A stretch of DNA of 64,000 nt, from the NCBI GenBank assembly GCA_963996465.1, contig CAXEHI010000014.1, positions 11,089 to 75,088 of the forward strand, in the 5' to 3' direction. Numbering within the stretch: the stretch's first letter is position 1; every line of letters starts with the position of its first letter. Source of the stretch: an uncultured Thermoplasmata archaeon (GTDB taxonomy: Archaea; Thermoplasmatota; Poseidoniia; MGIII; CG-Epi1). The notes beneath the pieces were generated by a model, which searched no databases, was not told the DNA's origin, and worked only from the letters and a program-made list of their open reading frames with translations. A program made the position numbers and the translations under genes. Below are positions 58,243 through 64,000 of this stretch, piece after piece.

Positions 58243-61200
58243 ATGATGAATTTCAGACCAAATAATACCATGTTAGCCAGCTGGCTCGTTATGCTAGCTG
58301 CCGTGGGAGCACTATTCTTAGTCGGGTCAGCCGATGCCGGTTACACGGTATCTGTTACACCGGCAGAACAGAATGGGGTCCCAGAAGAGACACTGTCCTT
58401 CACAATAACTATAGATAATACCGATCCGGATGACGACGATACCTTCAATATCGCTGTAAGCTTCGTCGGTTCTGTCGAACAAGATTGTGACGGATGTTGG
58501 GATACTTGGGTATCTCAAGCTTCACTCAGTATAGATGCAGATGAGTCTGGAAGTACTAATTTCTATGTCAAGATTGGAGATATAGCGCATGCAGAAGCCG
58601 ATAGTGATGAGAGAGTTCTAGTAGAAATAACACCTACCGTCGATAATGAAGCTTATTCTCAAGATGTTCGTATTATTGTTGACCCAGCTTACGGCTGTAC
58701 TTTAGAATTACTAACCGAAGAGTCTCCAAATTTAGATCCCTTTGATACATATCAGTTCGATTTCAACATAACCAATTCAGATGGAAATGCCGAAGATAAT
58801 ATCGCTCTTTCATACAGTGCAAGTAGCGAAGACGGCATGTCAATCGCATACCCGCCTCAAGTTTCAGATATTGGTATGGGTGAAACAGCAGGATTCTCAG
58901 TAACTATATCTATAGATGAGACGACCGCAGCTAAAGGAACTAGATACATAAGTGTCACAGCTACCTCTGCAGACGGTTCAACAAACGTATCCACTACTTT
59001 TCAGTTCACTGTCAATATCTATAGAGATATTCAACTTTCTGAAGTAGATACAGGTTCAAAGGATATTATCGAGGGCGGTTCAGTCTATTATGGTGTAACC
59101 GTTACTAATGTAGGCAATTCTGCAGATACCTTCGTTCTAAGTATCGACGAGTCTTCAATTCCAGCCGACTGGGATGCTCAGTTGGGTTCATTGACAGATA
59201 CAGGTAGTTTGGCACCAGGTGCAAGTTACACTTTCAGTGAAGCTATCTTTGTTTATGCACCAGATGATGCAGTTGCAGATGATATTGCTTTAATAGATAT
59301 CGTCGTGACATCTGATGCAGATACTAATACTTCTAAATCGTTCCAAACTCGTTCTACAGTAGCTCAGAATTATAAGCCTACTATACAAACGACTTCACAA
59401 ACCAGTAGCGGCGCTCCAGGGACTGTAGTTTCATACACATTTACAGTTACTAACGCAGGTAATGGTAATGATGAATTCAGTATTGAAATCACAGAACCAA
59501 ATGCTGATGAATGTGCTCAGAACAATGCAGCATGCTGGGGTGTCGATCTAACTCCAGATGATGTAACGCCACAAATGTCTCCTGATGGCTTCTTCGAGTT
59601 CACACTCAATATAACTATCAATGAAAACGCCTTGAAGCAATCATATACTGTTGTAATTAATGCAACATCTTCAGGCGCAGGATCCGATGGGTCATACACA
59701 ACTAAAAACGTCTATGTGGAAGTTTCCGCTAGAGCAGATATTAGTTTAGATTCATCTGGAACTTCAAATATAGAAGTAGATGCAGGTCAAACTGCAGAAT
59801 ATAATCTAACTATCACTAATGATGGAAATGATGAAGACGATATTTCTTTATCAGCAACTTGTGAGGCATGTGCTGACGGAGATTGGACTTTCCAATTCGT
59901 TGGCGGTTCAACTGTAACTATTGCTGCAGAATCTAGTACTACAGTGGTTTTCAGAGTAGATTCTCCTGATGATGCAATTGCCAATCCTTACACTACAGTA
60001 ATTACTGCAACTTCATCTATCGATGAGGCTGAGACTGCTACAACAGAAGTTATCACTGAGATAAAGGAAAAATTCGAAGTTGATTTAGATTCAACAGAAT
60101 CACAGAAACCAGGTACACCTTCAGACACTGTCGAGTTCTCATTAACCGTAACCAATGATGGTTCAGGTGTTGACGAGATTGAACTAACTTACGAATTTGA
60201 TGAGGCCTCTTCTGGAGAGTTCTTAGAGTTCCCATCTTTCAGTAATAACACAGTTTCTTTGAATCCTGGTGAGAGTGCATCAGTAACTTTTTCATTACAA
60301 GTTTCCGAAGATGCTGACGACGTTTCTCACGGTATCACTGTAACAGCAACATCCAAGAATGCAGAATCTGAAGAAGGCATTTCCGTTACAGATACAGTAG
60401 GATTAACTGTAGTTGTTCAACCAGTATATGATGTTAGATTAACTTCAGATACTACGGTTGTAACAGCCAATCCAAGCGAAAGTATCGATTTCGAAATGAC
60501 GCTTGAAAATCAAGGTACAGATGAAGATACAATTACAATCAGTGCAGAATATCCTTCTGCAATATATTCAGTATCTATATCGCCAAATGCTCCAACAGTT
60601 TCTGAGGGTTCAAACGTAACTATCTCAGTCACAATAACTGTCGATGAAGATGCATTGAAAGATATCTATAATATCACATTCACTGCCACTTCAGAAAATG
60701 ATGCAACAGTTGATGCTATGCATATGCTAGACGTAGATGTAGCTCAGCGATATGAAATTGAAATTCTCTTTTCAGATGGTTCATATGAAGCTGCACCTTC
60801 AGAAGAAGCAGTTTCAAATGTAACATTGACCAACAAAGGTACTGGCGATGATAGGGTTCAATTATCAATCGATAATGATGATTGTATAACTCGATATTCA
60901 GAATCGAATTGTGTTGGAGATTGGGGTTCATTAGCACAAACATTAGTCCCAGCTGCAGACGGTTCGTTTGCTGCTGAAGAGACTGCAGAAGTAGCATTAA
61001 CTGTTACTATCCCATCTTCCGCAGAACCTTCTGTTACTGCAGGCGTGTATTATGTTACAGTAGCCGTTCAATCTTTGGATAATGAAACGGCAATGGATTT
61101 TGTAGATATACAGATAGTAGTCAAAACAATCTCTGTAGATCTTTCTGGTGTCAGTACTACAGCCGACATTGAACCAGGCAGAACAGGCCAGTTCACAGTC

Positions 61201-64000
61201 GATGTAACAAATGATGGTCAGGTTTCCGATACAATAACTGTTACTATTTCAGAAAGTAGCGGTTTCGGTTGGGCCTCTTTTGACGAAGATGGCAGTACAG
61301 AAATACAAATTTCGTTGGCCGCAGGTGCTATCTCAACTGTAACCATCAATTTGGAACTTCCAGATTACGATAATGTTACTGGTAGTGAGAAACAGAAATT
61401 AGCAGCAGGCTATGAATATACTTTCAAGGTTGAAGCGAAGACTTCAGTCGGCTCAGTTGAATCTGACAATTCTGAAACTATGACTGCAACTATCGAACAG
61501 ATATATGGAGTCACAGTTGAATTAATTAATTCAGCCGTAACTAATGCAAGCACATTCCCATCAGCCGAACCCGAGACAACCATTTTCGATGTACTGATAA
61601 CTAATCTAGGAAATGGCCCAGATAATTTCAAGGTCGAAACATCACAACCAACAGGTTTGACAGTTGGCGTATTCAACGTTAAGAGTTCATCCAGTTGTAG
61701 TGATGAGTGGTCTCAGTCACAAGATTCAATAAACGCTGCAGATGATGCTAGAGTTTATCTCTGTTTAACACCACAAGAATCTGATTTAGATGTTGGCAAT
61801 TATCCAATCTCAATGTCAGTCAAGGCTAGAAATGGTCAAGATTCACCACAGACCGTAGATGTTGAATTAGAGGTTAAAGAACCAACTAGAGATTTCACAC
61901 TAACCGTTGAAACAGCAGTGAAAGAAGTAGCTCCTGAATTCAGTTCCAGTGGAACGCCAAGCTCTACAAAGAACGTTGTTAAATTTAGAATAATCGTTTC
62001 AAACGATGGTTCACACGATGACAGATTCGTGCCAGATATGGTAGAAGGTTACAATACAGCAACAAATGCAGATATAGGCGGTAATGGGGATGAATGGTCA
62101 TGGGACTTTTACGAGAGCCAAACCGAATCTAGTAGCAACAAGTGGGGAGCCTCACAAGGATACGAACTAGTAGATAGTGGTGCACAGAAAGAACTCTGGT
62201 TCATCATACATGTAGATTCTGAAGACGTTCAGTCTGGAACTTACAATATGACTCTCAAGGTCGAAATAGAAGATCAAGAAGGAGACATCAAACTATCTAA
62301 GACTACTACCGTTTCAATAATTGTTAATGAACCAACTCCAGGCATGTCCTTGACTATTTACGAGAACGTCAAAGATATCCAACCGGAGTATGAAGGGGCA
62401 TCTAGTGACAATGAAATACAATTCAAGATTAAGATAGAGAATACAGGTTCTCATACAGATTCTTTCATCTATGTAGATGATCCAGACGCGGTTGAAGATG
62501 GCTGGGATATCGAATTCCAGACAAGTACAGGTTCTACATGGGATGATAATAACGGTGAAGATATTCAATCAACAGAATCTAAAGATATGTATGTCGTAAT
62601 CACTGTTGACGATGAGGCAGAAGTCGGTAACTACACTATCAGAATTGACATTCAAAATTCAGAGGGCGACAGTGAAGCTTCTGATACAGCAGTTCTTTAC
62701 GTAATGGTATTGAGGCCAGATTTAGCTTTAACACCTGCAGATATTACATTGTTAGTTAACAATGCAGAGGCAAACGCTTCAGTTATCAGAGAGGACGATT
62801 CTCTAGCTATATCTATAGCTGTTAAGAATTCAGAAGACTCTGATGAATTTGCAACTAAGGCGGATGACGTTTTAGTAGAAGTTTACGTATATCCTAGAAC
62901 CAGCCCAGAACCGGGCTCAACACTAGCTACTGAATTAGAATTCACTTACGGTTTCACACAAGATAACGATTACGGTTTCATCAAGATGATTTACAGCAGA
63001 GAGAACCGAATCGATGTCGGTGGTAGAGATATAGGAACTAGTGATTGGTCTGTAATCGGTGGAGAATGGTATATCGAGGTCCGTGTCGATTATGATGATT
63101 CTGATGACAACGGTAAGATTCTAGAAACTAACGAGAATAACAATAAAGCTCGTTACGCAGAACTACTACAAATTAAAGCAGATTTATCAATATCAGAAGT
63201 TTATGTAGATAGTAAGTATGTCGGTAATGGTTCCAGTGTTCCAAACTTAGGTGATACTGTAACATTCACTGCAACAGTTGCTAATACTGGGGCAGCAGAC
63301 ATTCAAGATGCAAAACTCTTCATTACTGGTGATACAACTACTTCTAATGAAATCTTGAAGACCACTAGCAGTCAAAGTTATGTCGAATTCGATGTTGACG
63401 CTGGTGGAACTAAACAGGTCACATTCCGTTGGAAGGCCGGTTCAGTAGCTAGTACATCTAAACTAGTTTCAGAATCTTGGAACGGTATCAGAATATCTGT
63501 AAATCCAAGATGTAGTGATTTCAATCTGTTCGGTTGTGATACTGATTTAGATAGGGAGTTCGATGAGCTTAACCGTTATCAGAATAACGAATATCCATCT
63601 TCAGGTCAGTTCACTCAGAATGGATATGAATTAGCATTCAACATGCTTCCAGATTTCACAATAGCTAAAGTTAAGTTGAACCCATCAGCACCAACTGTGG
63701 GCGAAACTGTTGCAGTTACAGTTACTATTGAAAATGTCGGTAACACCGATTGGGAATATGGTTCAGGTTCACTGTACCTAGTATTCGACGATAGTATTGG
63801 TGATGAAGTAACTACGCAAATCGGCTCTTCTATTGATAAGGGTGGAGATTTCGATGTAGAATTCGATTGGATATTCCCAGAGGCTGAAAACAAGAATGAA
63901 ATCAAACTTTCATTTGAGCTCGATGCAGGTTCAGGAAGTAATAAGATCGAACAACTATCAAGTGATAACGATGATCAAGAAGTGACATTAGAGGTCGTAC
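58243..64000 (+). CDS. Giant secreted adhesin-like surface protein with at least 12 tandem CARDB/DUF11-like repeat domains; 5' partial, continues beyond the window end
   Basis: Hand translation gives an uninterrupted ORF of more than 1919 codons. The signal peptide is MMNFRPNNTMLASWLVMLAAVGALFLVGSADA. The body is acidic, T/S/D-rich, and organised in ~110-120-aa repeats. Each repeat carries a (V/I)TNxGxxxDx(F/I) motif (VTNVGNSADTF, VTNAGNGNDEF, ITNDGNDEDDI, VTNDGSGVDEI, LENQGTDEDTI, LTNKGTGDDRV, VTNDGQVSDTI, ITNLGNGPDNF, VSNDGSHDDRF, IENTGSHTDSF, VANTGAADIQD, IENVGNTDWEY). It is missing from the ORF track because it has no stop inside the window. Confidence 0.75.
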   Translation, partial: MMNFRPNNTMLASWLVMLAAVGALFLVGSADAGYTVSVTPAEQNGVPEETLSFTITIDNTDPDDDDTFNIAVSFVGSVEQDCDGCWDTWVSQASLSIDADESGSTNFYVKIGDIAHAEADSDERVLVEITPTVDNEAYSQDVRIIVDPAYGCTLELLTEESPNLDPFDTYQFDFNITNSDGNAEDNIALSYSASSEDGMSIAYPPQVSDIGMGETAGFSVTISIDETTAAKGTRYISVTATSADGSTNVSTTFQFTVNIYRDIQLSEVDTGSKDIIEGGSVYYGVTVTNVGNSADTFVLSIDESSIPADWDAQLGSLTDTGSLAPGASYTFSEAIFVYAPDDAVADDIALIDIVVTSDADTNTSKSFQTRSTVAQNYKPTIQTTSQTSSGAPGTVVSYTFTVTNAGNGNDEFSIEITEPNADECAQNNAACWGVDLTPDDVTPQMSPDGFFEFTLNITINENALKQSYTVVINATSSGAGSDGSYTTKNVYVEVSARADISLDSSGTSNIEVDAGQTAEYNLTITNDGNDEDDISLSATCEACADGDWTFQFVGGSTVTIAAESSTTVVFRVDSPDDAIANPYTTVITATSSIDEAETATTEVITEIKEKFEVDLDSTESQKPGTPSDTVEFSLTVTNDGSGVDEIELTYEFDEASSGEFLEFPSFSNNTVSLNPGESASVTFSLQVSEDADDVSHGITVTATSKNAESEEGISVTDTVGLTVVVQPVYDVRLTSDTTVVTANPSESIDFEMTLENQGTDEDTITISAEYPSAIYSVSISPNAPTVSEGSNVTISVTITVDEDALKDIYNITFTATSENDATVDAMHMLDVDVAQRYEIEILFSDGSYEAAPSEEAVSNVTLTNKGTGDDRVQLSIDNDDCITRYSESNCVGDWGSLAQTLVPAADGSFAAEETAEVALTVTIPSSAEPSVTAGVYYVTVAVQSLDNETAMDFVDIQIVVKTISVDLSGVSTTADIEPGRTGQFTVDVTNDGQVSDTITVTISESSGFGWASFDEDGSTEIQISLAAGAISTVTINLELPDYDNVTGSEKQKLAAGYEYTFKVEAKTSVGSVESDNSETMTATIEQIYGVTVELINSAVTNASTFPSAEPETTIFDVLITNLGNGPDNFKVETSQPTGLTVGVFNVKSSSSCSDEWSQSQDSINAADDARVYLCLTPQESDLDVGNYPISMSVKARNGQDSPQTVDVELEVKEPTRDFTLTVETAVKEVAPEFSSSGTPSSTKNVVKFRIIVSNDGSHDDRFVPDMVEGYNTATNADIGGNGDEWSWDFYESQTESSSNKWGASQGYELVDSGAQKELWFIIHVDSEDVQSGTYNMTLKVEIEDQEGDIKLSKTTTVSIIVNEPTPGMSLTIYENVKDIQPEYEGASSDNEIQFKIKIENTGSHTDSFIYVDDPDAVEDGWDIEFQTSTGSTWDDNNGEDIQSTESKDMYVVITVDDEAEVGNYTIRIDIQNSEGDSEASDTAVLYVMVLRPDLALTPADITLLVNNAEANASVIREDDSLAISIAVKNSEDSDEFATKADDVLVEVYVYPRTSPEPGSTLATELEFTYGFTQDNDYGFIKMIYSRENRIDVGGRDIGTSDWSVIGGEWYIEVRVDYDDSDDNGKILETNENNNKARYAELLQIKADLSISEVYVDSKYVGNGSSVPNLGDTVTFTATVANTGAADIQDAKLFITGDTTTSNEILKTTSSQSYVEFDVDAGGTKQVTFRWKAGSVASTSKLVSESWNGIRISVNPRCSDFNLFGCDTDLDREFDELNRYQNNEYPSSGQFTQNGYELAFNMLPDFTIAKVKLNPSAPTVGETVAVTVTIENVGNTDWEYGSGSLYLVFDDSIGDEVTTQIGSSIDKGGDFDVEFDWIFPEAENKNEIKLSFELDAGSGSNKIEQLSSDNDDQEVTLEVV

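Noticed and set aside
58212-58245. Upstream ATG at 58212 as an alternative start for the adhesin
   Set aside because: It is in a different frame from the long ORF (58243 frame), so it cannot extend the protein.
58327-63905. Eight minus-strand ORFs of 60-96 aa (58327-58518, 59517-59699, 59787-59984, 60053-60235, 60716-60997, 61410-61676, 62314-62568, 63615-63905) listed in the ORF track
   Set aside because: All lie antisense within the continuous >1900-codon plus-strand adhesin ORF, which has strong repeat and motif structure. They have low-complexity, family-less translations and are spurious.
1-64000. CRISPR arrays, insertion sequences, integrases or transposases
   Set aside because: I found no direct-repeat/spacer periodicity, no transposase or integrase-like ORF, and no terminal inverted repeats. 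The only conspicuous repetition is protein-level domain repetition inside the adhesin gene.

Overview
The window is AT-rich and extremely gene-dense; by my tally about 97% of it is coding. The information-processing genes are archaeal: ribosomal proteins L31e, L39e, S19e and L21e, aIF6, the primase small subunit PriS, Pus10, RpoF, a DUF655 protein, two-subunit archaeal-type PheRS and the wyosine enzyme Taw1. Mixed with these are many bacterial-type genes: dnaK/grpE, gyrA, ATP-dependent PEPCK, a cytosolic (type-2) malate dehydrogenase and a class II ribonucleotide reductase. This mix suggests a gyrase-containing euryarchaeote, possibly Thermoplasmatota or Marine-Group-II-like, but that placement is inference. 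I annotate 63 genes and three candidate promoters. Convergent gene pairs are separated by 0-7 nt or overlap. Notable contents: (1) a nine-gene, translationally coupled operon on the minus strand (5162-13715) that joins tryptophan 2,3-dioxygenase to an amn/nba-type 2-aminophenol meta-cleavage module and four further enzymes, which looks like an undescribed aromatic-amine/tryptophan catabolic route; (2) one 1045-aa ORF that fuses a secreted subtilisin-like protease to a complete MFS permease, inside a secreted beta-propeller/protease/C26-peptidase neighbourhood; (3) a >1900-aa secreted adhesin-like protein (58243 to beyond the window end) made of at least 12 tandem CARDB/DUF11-like repeats, which is absent from the supplied ORF track because it runs off the window edge; (4) a tRNA-Val(UAC) that occupies the annotated 5' end of ksgA, leaving ksgA without a canonical start; (5) three small genes missed by the ORF track (L39e, an L41e-like basic peptide lacking an ATG, and an AbrB-like 54-aa protein). 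No CRISPR array, no mobile element and no intein were seen.
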